A DNA stretch of 63,717 nt, counting the filler, from Bigelowiella natans CCMP2755 (lineage: Eukaryota; Protista; Cercozoa), in the NCBI GenBank assembly GCA_000320545.1. It is 7 parts of 7 records of this genome, joined end to end, with 100 filler letters (N's around TTAATTAATTAA, not from the genome) between each part and the next. Parts side by side here need not be neighbours in the genome. Positions count along the whole stretch, not along the records: positions 26,902 to 51,667 come from ADNK01002818.1; 6 more parts are not named here. One strand, 5' to 3'. Below are positions 36,839-49,783 of this stretch, piece after piece. The notes under the pieces were generated by a model. The model ran no database searches and was not told the origin of the DNA. It saw only the letters and a list, made by a program, of their open reading frames with translations. A program made the position numbers and the translations under genes. The stretch's first letter is position 1, and each line of letters starts with the position of its first letter.

Positions 36839-39800
36839 ATGGATCTGAAGAGCAACGAAGCAAAAAACGTTGTGCAGGGATCTGCCACACCCTTTAGATT
36901 TGATTTCGTCACAAAGGTAAGTTCGAAAACAAATAATCCTGACGAAAAACAGATATGACAGTTTCGTTCATCTGTGGTGATGGCCGTGTTAATCGGGTCA
37001 TGTCCCAATTGGTAGGTCACCGAAACAAAGAATCTCATTGTCCTAACTAATGACATGGATCTTGTTGATGGATTACGAAGGATGCAACAAATATCAGGAA
37101 GTGAGAAACTGAGAAACACACTAGTTCTGAAACTTAAGTTACAGTTACCATAGCTCTGAATCATGATAATATTAGAGTCAAGTTATCCGCTTCTTACTAA
37201 TGCGGACAACCACGCAGTAAGCAAAGCTTTTTCATTTTTAACTTGAAATATTAAAGTAAATATTTCTTCAGACATGTGCAACGAGATATACGATCCAGCA
37301 AGGCACTATCGGTTGCGCCACATACTATGGGCGAACCCATTTTTTGCCACCTGGAAATTATAGTTTTCTGGGACCTGCAACAACGTTGCATACAACAAAG
37401 TGCACAGATAACAGCTCTCATCTTTCTCAAACTTTAATTCCTATACTAATTGTTTTTGTTAGAGACATTGATATTGACACGAAAAGTGGAAAAACAGCTG
37501 GGACTTTGCTGAAATGGTCTGCCCTACCATAAGCAAGATAGTAAGAAAAAGCAAATCAGTGAAACGAACTTTGCACATAATTTAGGAAGGACATTTCCTA
37601 TGTGGGACTTCCTGAAAACCATGTAGCTGTGATTCAAGTTGGGCCAGCTCAACATTGCATTGGCTCTGGAAGGCAAAACTTTATCAATGACACACAATTA
37701 TTGAGAATTTTGAATTTTGTTTTGCTGTAATAATATTGACTATTCAACTCAGATATCTGCTCCGTCGGCCAGTGACATTGTACGGCGTTGTTGATGTGCA
37801 GAAGCTTCAAAATAAAGTAAACATATGTTGACATTTTTTTATTAAGTTGATTTCATATTGCTTGCTTATGAATTAGGTGACAGCCATTGGCATTGATGAA
37901 GGGGCAAATCAAAATGACGAAAAGGATGTTCAGCGTAAAGTAACAATGAAAGCTGGGGAATTGTAAGTGATGATACTTCATTTTCCTTTCATAACACTTA
38001 CGTGACCACCTTGCAGCCAAAAGTGCGGGTCATTGACGTTCATCCGTGCACAGCCAGGATTTGCTGCTGTAGTTCAAGATCCAGATGGAAGATCAAAGCT
38101 CATATTTGCGAATAAAATGAAAAATAATGTGTACTCGGTAACTGCACTAACTATGTTTTCTACATGTACAGCCTGTCGGACAGTGTTGGCTTCACTGTTG
38201 CTCGAGGAGGTCAAGTGTTCAAGAGTTTCGTAGATCTTCAGCACTACGCCAGAACAACTCGTCCATTCCATCTCGAGTCAAAAGATCGCCAGGAACTTCT
38301 TGTTCGTGTACAAATTCGATGGTAAGAGAATAAGTACTCTTAAATGTATTTTCACATTAATGAATGCTAATAGGTGCATCGTGAAGCCAACAATTTGGCT
38401 CGAAAGGAAAGGCGCGTATGCTGACATCTTTGACGCAATAGAAGAAATAATGCAGTCGCTACTCCGGTACTCATCGACATACTTTCTGAGATTACTTACT
38501 TAACTAAACGAATGGATGTGTTACTGTAAGTGACTACATGGCACGGCATACATATGACGAATGCCGTCAGCAACAGGCCGAAGGATATGAGAAGTTTGAA
38601 AAACTTATCCGACCAGTCTGCGAAACCGAGGTAATTGGTGAGATATTGTATTTAGAGAACATTAATCACGCCAGAATACTATCTAAAGATGTCCAATCTG
38701 GGGGGCAAGCTTCTCGGTTTCGAAGTACGTAGTATTAGATTTCCTCTCTTAGAGAAAAGGAATACTATTCGAGCACAGAAAGAGGTATTAACCATTTGAG
38801 TTATTTGAGAAGTAACTGAGTTATAATATTGCAAGAGATTTTATTTTTTTTAAAATCTACTTCCTACTTCACGATAGGCGGTGATGAAAGAGAAACAACT
38901 CGAGGAAGAGCGTGCATTAGATATCGAGAATGAGGAACGGAAAAGAGAGCAGGTAATGTATTAAAGTAACACTCAAATTTGTTCGATTTTGATATTTCTT
39001 CATCATAGGCACGATTTGATGATTCACATGCTCACGCCCTGAGACATGAAAAACATTTGGTCAGAATGGCGGAACTCACTGCTGAACAAAACATGCAACG
39101 ACAAAGGGAAGAGGTAATATATACGCCAAATCAATGTTTACAGATAACCTTACGTACCCATTCGTTCACTCGTTAGTCTGATGCTGATGTCTCACGGGTT
39201 TTGGTGATCAATGAAATTTCAGGCAAAACTGAAATATGCGACTGCTCGATCTGAAACGAAACAGGCGCAGGTTATTTTTGTATCTAGCCGTTGCTAAAAT
39301 TCTATAATTCGTCAACATATCTGAAGCTCAGTTGAATTCCCTTCAATTTTACGTCCAGGTACGCCTGGAGGCAAAATTACGCCAAGTAAAACTGGAGCAA
39401 GAGGTCAAATAATTTTATTATATCTGCAGCCTATTAACTTTCAATCATGGAACAAAGGTTGCGAAGTCAAGGGCCATTGCCGAAGCAGAACGACTTATTT
39501 CTGTAACGAAAGTAAGTGAGAGAATAAATATATCCTTTCACGACACGATAGTCTCTCTTTATCAGGCGAAGTGTGATCAGAATCTTGCAATTGTCCAAGC
39601 AAATGCGGATGCAATGGTTGCAGAGGCAGAAGCAAAAGCGGCAGCCATAATGAAAGAAGCTGAGGCACAGGTTGGAATATGCTTGCCCACAATTTACATG
39701 CATAAAGTACTCACTTATCCACACACTGTTCGATAACAGGCAAAAGCTGCTACCTTGATCGGATCAGCATACAAGGCAAATCCGCAGTTCCTGAAATTTA

Positions 39801-40134
39801 AAATGTCCGAAATCAAAGCAGAAATTCTAAAAATGCGCGCAGAAGCTCTTGCAAAGGTGCTAATAACAATAACAGTCTTATCCATCTGCGTCGGTCGTGC
39901 TTGGATTCATGCGACGTGCCAAAGAAAATATATACATCCGTAAAGAATGTAGGGCAGCATTATAATGATGCTATAGAATTCATTTCCCCATTGCTCGAAG
40001 ACTCCATATATTCTGTTCTTAATATGTTTTTTCTATTCTTTGATCTCCAGGGTCTCGCTGCAAACCAGGGTGTAATGGTTCCAAAACACCTCCAGAAAGA
40101 AATTTCACAAATGGACTCAGAATCTCTACTTTAA
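36839..40134 (+). CDS. SPFH/band-7 (flotillin/vacuolin-like) protein, paralog B
   Basis: Exons encode RYTIQQGTIGCATYYGRTHFLPPG, LPENHVAVIQ, FIRAQPG, LESKDRQELLVR, WLERKGAYADIFDAIEE and an AEA-rich coiled coil ending IGSAYKANPQF...ESLL-stop. Confidence 0.8.
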
Positions 40135-40249
40135 CTCAGATGTAGCATACTGCGGATGTAGTATTTTGGTGATCGTCAGATCGGAATTTGTCTTCTTTTT
40201 TAGTTTAAATTTAACTCACAGCATACGATAGTCTAGGGCACATCATTAC

Positions 40250-40980
40250 AGGCATGGGTAGCATCATAGCGAAACTTTTGCTCAATCGTTCATTAAAGCT
40301 ATTCCAAGTCCGTTTGTTGTGATCAGCATCCTGCATAGACACCATGTGTGCCTACTAGCTGTGCAAGGCGTTTTGTTCAAATGACTAACGACTCAGGCGC
40401 GAGTTAGCCTAGCTAGCTAGTAGTGCGACTTTGATTTTAGTTTTGTTTCAAAGCGCGAAAACTCTTGACATGTTTACATTGTGACGATGTGCCTGCCCGT
40501 TCTAGCGTTGCATGTGGGCAGGATGGCACTTTTTCATTCTCATTCTAGCATTGCTAGATTGCGGCACATGCTAGCATGCGTCATACAGTTCATCAGGAAA
40601 AATGAATTTCAATGAGCAAATGTTTATGTGGCGAAGTCAAGTATGAAGAGTACACTGGCATTTTTCTCAGATTCATTTCGCATCTGATGGCAAAACGATG
40701 GTGTCATCTGAATGAAGATCGATGCAGTCTAGCAGTGCACAAGCTAGCTAGCTAGCAAGTCTTCATCATCTAGATCATCGTGCGCATCTAGACGTCGCTG
40801 CAAATCTAGAGCTTCCTACATTAAAACACTCAGCCAGCTAGCCAGTCTAGCAGTCTAGCAGTGGTAGCACTGGCTAGCTGGGGAGGTACATTTAGACATC
40901 TGACCACAGCCATCTAGCTAGCTAGTACATCTACACACACCGTGCCATCACTGAAGCCTCTTCATCACAGGTGAGAACAA
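40250..40980. other. CTAG-rich, TpA-reduced domain between convergent SPFH-B and WD40 genes
   Basis: About 20 CTAG in ~600 bp with (CTAG)3 arrays near 40409, 40744 and 40914; TG/CA-rich. Confidence 0.8.
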
Positions 40981-40981
40981 A

Positions 40982-42050
40982 TTAATCTGGGTTTTCAGTC
41001 TGATCATTCAGTTTTCCTGCTTTGGTTGTCCCTCCTTCATTGACTCCTTCATCGACGTCATCACTAATTGCAGCATCAACAACACATAGTAGTCTCGGAG
41101 CGCCAGGTAATTGGGTGAGGCGGAAAACGCGACTGGACCAGTCGTCGCAAGCCGTGGCAATCCCATGCCATGTCACCGAGACATCCCTTATCCTAACATC
41201 GAACAAGTACACACATGCGAACTAAGAATCTGGACGAATCGCCATATAGTAAGGATTATTAAGATGGTTCGATTCTTAAGAGGAAATACTCGGAGAACCC
41301 TTAGAAAACCCTTTTCATTACCTTGAGCGATGGCCACCGTCCAATGTCATCCTATGGTTGGTTGTATCCCTCGCAGACACGAACTTTGCTATATTGTTCC
41401 TGAAGATAGGACAGGGAGAACGAGTGACGACAGGAATACTTTGATAAGTATTGCCGACGGTACTTATCCATTTGTGTGTGTATGTGTGTATGTGTGTATG
41501 TGTGTATGTGTGCATGTGTGCATGTGTGTGTGTGTGTGTGTGTGAGAGTGTGAAGGCATGTTTATCCTGAGACAATGCGTGAATACTAATGATGATGATA
41601 CCTCACGCCGAGAAGTAAAACTTCACCATCCTTTCCACCCATGATAACATAGCCTCCATCGGGAGTAAATGAGCACGCCGTCACGACATCTAGGTGGCCT
41701 TTTATTTGACGAGTAGCATGCATGATTGAAGGGTAAAATTAAATGCGCGAAAGAACAAAAGCATGCAAAAAAATACAGGAATAATGGATACAAAATACAC
41801 TATCAGAGAGAGCTGTATTGATGTGTTATAGTTATTCTCCTTCACCAGTGTTGGCATTCATTCTAAGAGCAGAGCAAGGTATATCAAATGCCATGCTACA
41901 TACCAAATATTTGTTTGGCCTTTTTTTTCCAAGGAAAAATATACTTTTCCTTCCAACTTCCGGCTCCGGTATCGCAGATAGCAAATATACCTACACATAT
42001 CTGTAATCAGGTATGCTTGGCAGAAAATTTAAGGATAAATTTATTTATTA

Positions 42051-42092
<42 letters not shown>

Positions 42093-42535
42093 TTTCTGTG
42101 GCAGTGAGAGGTGAAATCGTAGGTTTTCCTTTCCGGCTACTTGCCTATGCAAGTGTGCAAGCGCATGTGCGTAGGTATGCGGATATCTACAAGTGCGTGC
42201 TGGTGTGCATATGAGGAAGAAAGTATAGCATGGAGGGGAGAGAAAGAGTGGGAGAGAGGGAGAAGGAAAATCTTCACCAGATTTTCCAGTCGGGTCTATT
42301 GCCATCAGCTCTGCCTGTTTGTATTTTATGTTATGCACTGGAGCGGGGACGTCCGATAGCACTAGTAAATCATATCAGCAATTCGAAAGTTGTAAGCTTA
42401 TTTGGTACATGGGACTTCGTTGTATATCCATGAAGAACCTATGATTGTTTATCATCGCAAGTTGAAGTTTTTATTAGGAATCGCTACGTCTACCTTTTAT
42501 GAATCCTGACTCCAGGTTTTGGCCTGAAACACACA

Positions 42536-42567
<32 letters not shown>

Positions 42568-43854
42568 AACACACACGCACAAACTCATCCACACACACGC
42601 AAAAATATTCTTTTCATAAATGTGGTGTGTGTGTCGTGAGTATGTATGTGCGTGGTTGATATATAATCCGTGTATCTTCTTTAGTTGACTCTCATCCCTC
42701 CCTCTCATCTGACCATCTCCATCGCTAGATATATATATATATATTACGAGCACATGAAATAGTAGCAATCGACATGTCAGTGTCATCGTCTTCTCTACTC
42801 TCCCACTATTTTTCCCCACTCAGATACCGTGTATTTCCTTCAGATCCCAAGCCGACGCACCACTCACTCCGGCGACCGCTATCATTGACGGGGAGGACGC
42901 CTGATATGCTTCTTGTTGCTTTGATTCTGATGGGGGGTGCAGGAACTGCGCAACCACGGAACATCTATAACTATAATTTTGCCCGTGCTTCCAAGAACAG
43001 CCTTTCAGCGACAACGGCGGAGAAGACGATGATGACGACTTTGGGTTCTTTTCGCTTGATGCTGTTTGCCACGTGGTGCAGGCAGCCCAAACCAAACATA
43101 TAGAAAGACCCATCAAGACAGTCAAGAAGTTTAATTCTGTATGGAAGTAAAAACTGATAAAGAAGGGAAATGCGCCAAACCTTCGTCATCTCGAGCAAGC
43201 TTGGGTTCTATCTGCAAGACGTGAACGTCTTCTGGGGAGACAAGGGCAAAGCTGGAACCATCTTGGGACCAACAGCATGTGGGGAAAGCCATCTCGGAAG
43301 CCTTCCTGCTGTTTTCGCTCATACTATAGCTGTAGATCTCATTGCCATCGGGTAGCGCACGCAACGACGCCCTGATGACAGAAACGAGGAAAATCTCAAG
43401 GCGACACAATGGAGCCAAAAATCAATATAAACGCACTAGTCCATGTGGATGGCCTACGTGGTACCCGAGAACTGAAGCGAGCAGGAGGTAGTTTCCATCC
43501 GGACTAATCGCAAGATCCGTAATTCGCTCGTTCCGATGTTTACCTTCTTTACTTCCCGCGCCTGTCTCGCCTCCCCTTTCCCACGTAATAGATTTGAGGC
43601 GAACGCCGTTAATATTAGACTGGCCAAGCCTCCAAATGGTGACCTAGCGATATGGATAGGAGGGGGGGAAGAACGTAAATGCCGAGACTTCCAAGTAAAG
43701 ACACATTCTTCACCTCCGTCGGTTTCTTCGAATCAACGGTCGCCAGAAACCCATTATTAGGGCCCAGAGCAACAAGCGTCGCAGCTTTGTTTGTCCGAAC
43801 TAGGTGCGTGACCTTGGTACGGGGACCGACCGCACCGGAGCTGCCGCACCCCAT
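40982..43854 (-). CDS. WD40-repeat protein with N-terminal MGCGSS acylation motif
   Basis: Start MGCGSSG; WD40-like segments ITDLAISPDGNYLLLAS, PTCCWSQDGSSFALVS and IRDVSVTWHGIATACDDWSSRVF. Confidence 0.7.
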
Positions 43855-44383
43855 GTTACTGCCTCTGTGCTCGCTTCTGTCAGTTACCAGAACGACTACA
43901 AATAAGTGCGAATTTCACAGATCTACCGCAAAAAATACACAAAAACGACGAGTAATTTCGAAATATCCGAATTCCCCTTGGAATTAAATTAAGCGACAAG
44001 ATGCAACCTGTGTTTTCTCTCACCGATCCCCGTTCGTGCGCAAGTAATTATTAGTACGACGTGTATTTATGGTGTTTTTCTAGTTTTTTAAATAAATTTT
44101 TTGACGTTTTAGGTATTGTCGCAGTAGTAAAATGTACAAGATTCGCTATATTTCTCCATTTTTGTTCTCCCTCGACAATAGCTAAGAGAAGTCGTCGTAG
44201 CCTCTCTAAACGGAAGACTGACCTTCGCTCCCTCGGCGCCTATCCCCCCCCCTCCATCTTGCGTAGAAGCCTCGAAAATGATGAGATCATCCTGTAATAA
44301 CGACCGTTCTTCAGTTCGTAGAATATTTCGCTGTGTGGGGAGGAGATTTGACGAAAGATGTCATAGTCCCGTGCTGACTTTCA

Positions 44384-46967
44384 TGGATGTCATCATCGCC
44401 TCTTTGTTCCGAAGCAACGTTTGAGGGGAAATGACAGGGGAGGTGAAATGCCGAAAGAAGGGGGGGTTTTCTCGATTTTCTCGTTTGGTTTGAATCGAGG
44501 GAGTGCTGATCGCTGGTTTTCTTTGCACAGTATTTCGGATGTCCCTGCTATTAATAGGAGCTTTCGCCTTTGCCTCGCGGAGTGCTGCAAGGTATGCTGC
44601 AAAGCTTTCTTGCCGCCATCCACATCATGTGCGTGGCACTTTTTGTTAACACGGGTTTATATGCAAACACACACCAAAAATAGAGGCCGACTGGTATCCC
44701 CCTCCATGGTGAGAATGTCGCAAATGCAGCAGCCCACGATGAGGACCAAGAAAAGCGTCGCTTGCTATGGAAGACGCGACGAAGAAAAGGTGTGGTCCGT
44801 GCATAAATATATGCATATATGACTTGAGAGTCGAATTTAATTGTGGAATTTTGGGTTTGCTACTTCGTTGACAAAAAATGCAGCTGACTCAGTTCTGTCT
44901 CGAAGAAAGACTTAAATTTACATTAAAAAGAATAAGCGGATATGCCAACGTTTAATAGCATTTCCCCTTGTTCTCTTGTATTATATCTATTAAGGACGAG
45001 CAATGGCGGGTGCAGCAGGAGATTTTGGCACGCCGACGTAAGTTGCATGGGAAGATCCTCAATCTACGATACACTATACAAAAATGCTATCATGTAGAAA
45101 CATTCTTTACACAACGACGACTACCAGCGACGTCATCCATAGTCAATACATGATCTAACCCGGCCCTCAGGAAACAAAGATAAGCAGAGAGCCTATTTTG
45201 AATCAATTGACAAGAAACGATCCGATTTGAAGAAAAACTTCGATGCGAAGAGAATCAAGGTGAATGGTGGAGAGAAGATCATTGTACAAAACGTGTGGTC
45301 GCCATCGAGATATACCATGTAGAAATAAAGAGAGAGAGAGAGAGACAGAGAGACAGAGAGAGAGAGAGAGAATTAGAGAGGAAAAGGGGGGGGGGGGAGA
45401 AACCTGCTCTATCACAGGGTTCTCGCTGTTGTGATACCGGCGCACCTGTTTGATTGGTTTGCCCCACGTTTGCTGATTTTCGCACGTATGCACGCAGTAT
45501 CGGAAAGGGGAGGATCCTCTCGGTCAGTGGAAGGAGGTAAGCTCTAAGACATTATGTACATTTAGCTGTGCAAAAATCAAAAACCATTTTTAAAGTCAAC
45601 AGTGTTTTAAGATTGTAACTAATGTAATGTATGTCGCTAATCGTTGGATCGCTCCCGTGGGAAAGAGGGGGGGGGGAGGGGGGGGGCACCTGGACATTAT
45701 TATCTGATGATTAGGCGAATTTCCTATAATTTGCTTCTGGTAGATCAACAAAGGGAAAACGTATAAGGACGAATACAGCGATGAGCCAGGATATTCGGTA
45801 ATTTATAGATTTTATTCAATTTCGTATGAAATCAGATAAAAATAGACTGCAGATTCTTCTCGGTGGAGGCTGAATTACATTGGTCTCCGCATCGAAGGAA
45901 TGTAATAGCGATGACAAAGAAACTTCGTCTCTTTGTTGCTGCGCTGCGTGTTGAAGATTTGGAGATCTAAGGACACACACACACACAAGCATATCGTTTT
46001 CTGCATGGATGAAACATATGCGTATAGCTCGTTGCTTCTGGAGCGCTAATTCGGTGTTTTACCTTGATTCTACACGCCTTATCGTGGTCTTTGCACCGTG
46101 CCTGCACAACACTGTGTTAAATACCCGGCGCTTTGACCCCCGCAGCTTCCCATTCCGATCGCAAGTTTTGGCCTTCCGAAGTTTGATAATGGGGAGCGGT
46201 ACGTTCCAACTGCGCGCATAGTATTCATATAACTGTTTGGCGTTTGGCGTTGTTAATGGATGTATCTCCGACTAAAACATTGCACGCTAAGGGGTGCGGG
46301 GTGTTGTGTTAGCGAGAACTCAAAAACATAGAAAGCTCTATTTCAACTCGTCTGCTCCCATCGACTGCCATGCCATCTCTCCCTCCCTCCCTCCTTCCCT
46401 CCCCCCCCCCTCCCAGATTCGATCTTCGCCTGCCCTATGTCGACCAAGGCTACGTCGCAGAGGTGGTCCTGCAAATAGGATGAGAGCCCTCGAGCGTAGG
46501 AAGAATAATACGAAATTGGATTCTAAAAGGGGGGGGGGGGGGCATCTTAGAATTCGATGACATTTGTGTTTAGCTATAGATTATATCTTGGCCTTACGCC
46601 ATAAAAAATGCGTGTGATGCATAGGGAGGGGGAAGTTTTGGTGTTGAAATTTTGTATTCAATACATATTTCGAACCCGATTTGCGTAGATTTGATTGGAA
46701 ATATGTTTTTCGTGGCTTTCGTGTGGAATATCCAGGATTCTGACGACGCGTGGGGCCGTTTTCTTGGCATTTTCGGCGGGAAAAAGGACGGAGAGAAGAA
46801 GGCATCTTCTACCGCTGCAGCAAAGTCTAGTGGAAAGAAAACGACGGTTCTCTCATACTGTGTTTGAACTTGCCGCTTGATTTGCGGAGGCATCCTCTAC
46901 TGTCATATTTACACAAACGAACAAGAGCCCGTGAGTAATACAGCAAAGTTCGTATATACGTTCAACG

Positions 46968-47004
<37 letters not shown>

Positions 47005-47138
47005 ATCGAATCATGCAGGCGGTTCGTGGGAATAGACGTAACCCAGGAGCGAAGAAGAGTGCGGTTGAGAAAGTGGAAGAGCCGGAGCCCTTCAATCCAT
47101 TTGGCAGGTTTTTTGGGAAGAAGAACATGGAGCAATAA
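44384..47138 (+). CDS. Hypothetical multi-exon protein, possibly plastid-targeted (start uncertain)
   Basis: Small AG/GT-flanked exons give DEQWRVQQEILARRR, EDPLGQWKE, FGLPKFDNGER|FDLRLPYVDQGYVAE, DSDDAWGRFLGIFGGKK and a final exon ...PFNPFGRFFGKKNMEQ-stop (TAA 47136-47138). Confidence 0.55.
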
Positions 47139-47280
47139 CGAATGCGAATACGTGAAGGGGAAAAGCTAGAAAAGGCGCGGATATAATGGATGTGCAAGTT
47201 GTGCGATTCCAGCAGAGTAGCATCGTAAAAAAGCACAGAGCGCGAACGAAATTAAGGAGTGGCTGTCCATGAATATACAG

Positions 47281-47670
47281 CCGGAAGTCTCACATGTGCC
47301 ATTCAGCATGCTAGTGTGTCGCCTCATGCATCACATGTCACAGACACATTGATGTTCTATTTGCATGCATGTTGCATCTTGCACATGTCTAGATGTTGTT
47401 TGCAATCATGGACACGCACGTGGTGCAATGGCATGCTAGCATGTGTGACACATGAGGAAACATGTTTACTAGCTGTAGACATCCGTCAATGTGATGTTGA
47501 GCATGTGACACATGTCATGTCACTGTGTCCATCATTGCAGCATCCATCTCTGGATCTGTCAGCACACGTTGGCATGCACACATGAACGCATGCAACAAAC
47601 AAACAACAAAATGCACTGCCGTGCGCTGCGGCAAATTGCGACGAGCGCACAAATGAATCACGATGTTTTC
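47281..47670. other. TpA-depleted domain downstream of the gene ending at 47138
   Basis: Seven TA in 390 bp, six in CTA/TAG/CTAG context; dense CATG/TGCA/CACA. Confidence 0.75.
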
Positions 47671-48125
47671 TGGATGACTAATATCCCAATAATGGGCAAA
47701 TTGGAAATCATGAACTGAAACATCTGGAACAACATGCCGCGCTCAAAGATGTCTTCTCTTTGAAAAACCCTGCGTTTTCCCGCATAATCTCGGGATGTTT
47801 CCCTCGAGTCTGCATGCCAATGTGTTTTCACATCGCCGTCACATGATTAGATTGTCGCGCATGGAAATTTGGCCAAAGGCGAACTCTTCGGGGAATTTTC
47901 CACGATAATTCGGTATTGTGTTGTCGCATGCGGAGAATTCGGACGGCGTTTCGGTTAAAGTCCCGTGGTGATCACGTCGACTGCCCCCCTCCACATAACC
48001 AGGACGCTTGTAAGCCGAAACTGAGCCCCCCCCCCATCGACCTTGCTCTTCCGGAAAAGAATTTTGGGCATTTATGATAGTTTGAGGCTGGTTTCTGGCA
48101 AAGTGATCCGTCAAAGCTCATTTCA

Positions 48126-48840
48126 ATGACGTCAAAAGCTTCGACTCCTGAGCCGCTGCAGGCCGATGGAGAAAGGGTAGATGCAAAAAAGAAAGATCTG
48201 GGGAGAGAAGATGCTCCGAAAGGTATTGAATTCTGAAAATAGTGTTAACGTAAACATATACAACGAAGATGAAGCGTGTATTCGTTCCAAGCGGTATTGT
48301 ATACCGTCTGCTCCCTCGTTGCCGGCAGCTTCTGCGTTGTGTCATCTTTGGCCCAATGAGTTTGAGTTCGTCGATCGCTTTAGAATAACGGTTTCCGTAA
48401 ACCCTATGAGTGTGTTAACACATTGCACGCATGCGACTGTTACTGGCAATGATGTCTAGGTAAAAACCCATCCTCTATCGAAGATGACACGACAGCCTCG
48501 TGGGATCCTTACGAGTACATGCCGATTTCGCTCCTTACGTAAGACGACTCTCCATCCGCATCTTTAATATCCCTTCCCAGCCTTCGCACCCAATATTTGA
48601 TGTGCTCGGGTTGTGCTGGTGAATCACCCAGGTATTTCTGGGTGACTCCATTGATAGAGAAGGGCTACCGGAGGCCGCTCATGCAGGAGGACTTACCCGC
48701 GGTGCTGGAAGAGGACAAGGCGGAGACGCTTCATAGAAATCTAAGACTCGCGTGGGAGAGGGAGAAAGTAAGGGCGGCAAGTGGCGGAACGAACAAGCCG
48801 AAATTTTGGAGGGTACGCGTGGAAGCTGCACAGAGCGCTC

Positions 48841-48879
<39 letters not shown>

Positions 48880-49742
48880 TGTATGATATGTGCATATTTT
48901 TGGTATGCGTTATAAGAATATTCTATAATGCCTTCAAGCTTCTACGCACCAACAACATCTCCCGTTGATATTTTTTCTATTGTAAAAATACACACCCTTG
49001 GATTGTGCGCTTGCTGCATTTGCTTGCATCATCGTACGTATCAGGCTCTTCTTGCAAGCTTCAACTGGGGCCACACCATCTTTCTTGTTGTGTCGGGGGG
49101 GGCTAAGATCTGTGCGGGCATTGTGCTCGGGTTGATTATCGATTTCTTCTCGGATGCGAATGAAAACGGAAATGCCAACTGGGGAAGAGGTGAAGGACCT
49201 GCGTCGAGAATGCTGCTGCTGCTGCTGCTTTGTGTGAAGTGATTATGATGATGGTGATGATAGAGGATTGAAGATACGTGTATTATAGAGAGTACTTAAT
49301 ATATAATGCTTACTTTAATTCTCCTCTTTTGTCGGTCTCTTGACGGTTTATCAGGCTGCTTATACGCACTTGCGATGGTAGGATGTATAGGCGTGGGGGC
49401 AGGTGGTGTTGTTACGATACGAATCATTTCATCATCCCCCCCCCCCCTCCCCTTCTCTCCTCCCATAAATAAAGTTGGTCATATATGCGCCGACTATCGA
49501 GCGAAGTTATTCACTGAGTGGAAAGACAAAAGCAAAATCACTTGCTGTCATTTTTCATAGATAGCCAACTTCTCCTCCTCACCCGTCCCCCGCCCCCCCC
49601 CCTTTCCCATCACTAAAGCTGGGCAACACATATACTTCTTCTTTGGGTGGAGGAAAGGGATGAATGCTCGAATAGCCGCGACTACAGTAATTCGTAGATA
49701 TTGAGCAAGAGGGAACGGAGAATCAACCATTTGCATATATAA

Positions 49743-49783
<41 letters not shown>

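Noticed and set aside
41473-41543. (TGTGTGTA)4 grading into (TGTGTGCA)2 as direct proof of TA->CA editing
   Set aside because: One mutation followed by slippage explains it equally well.
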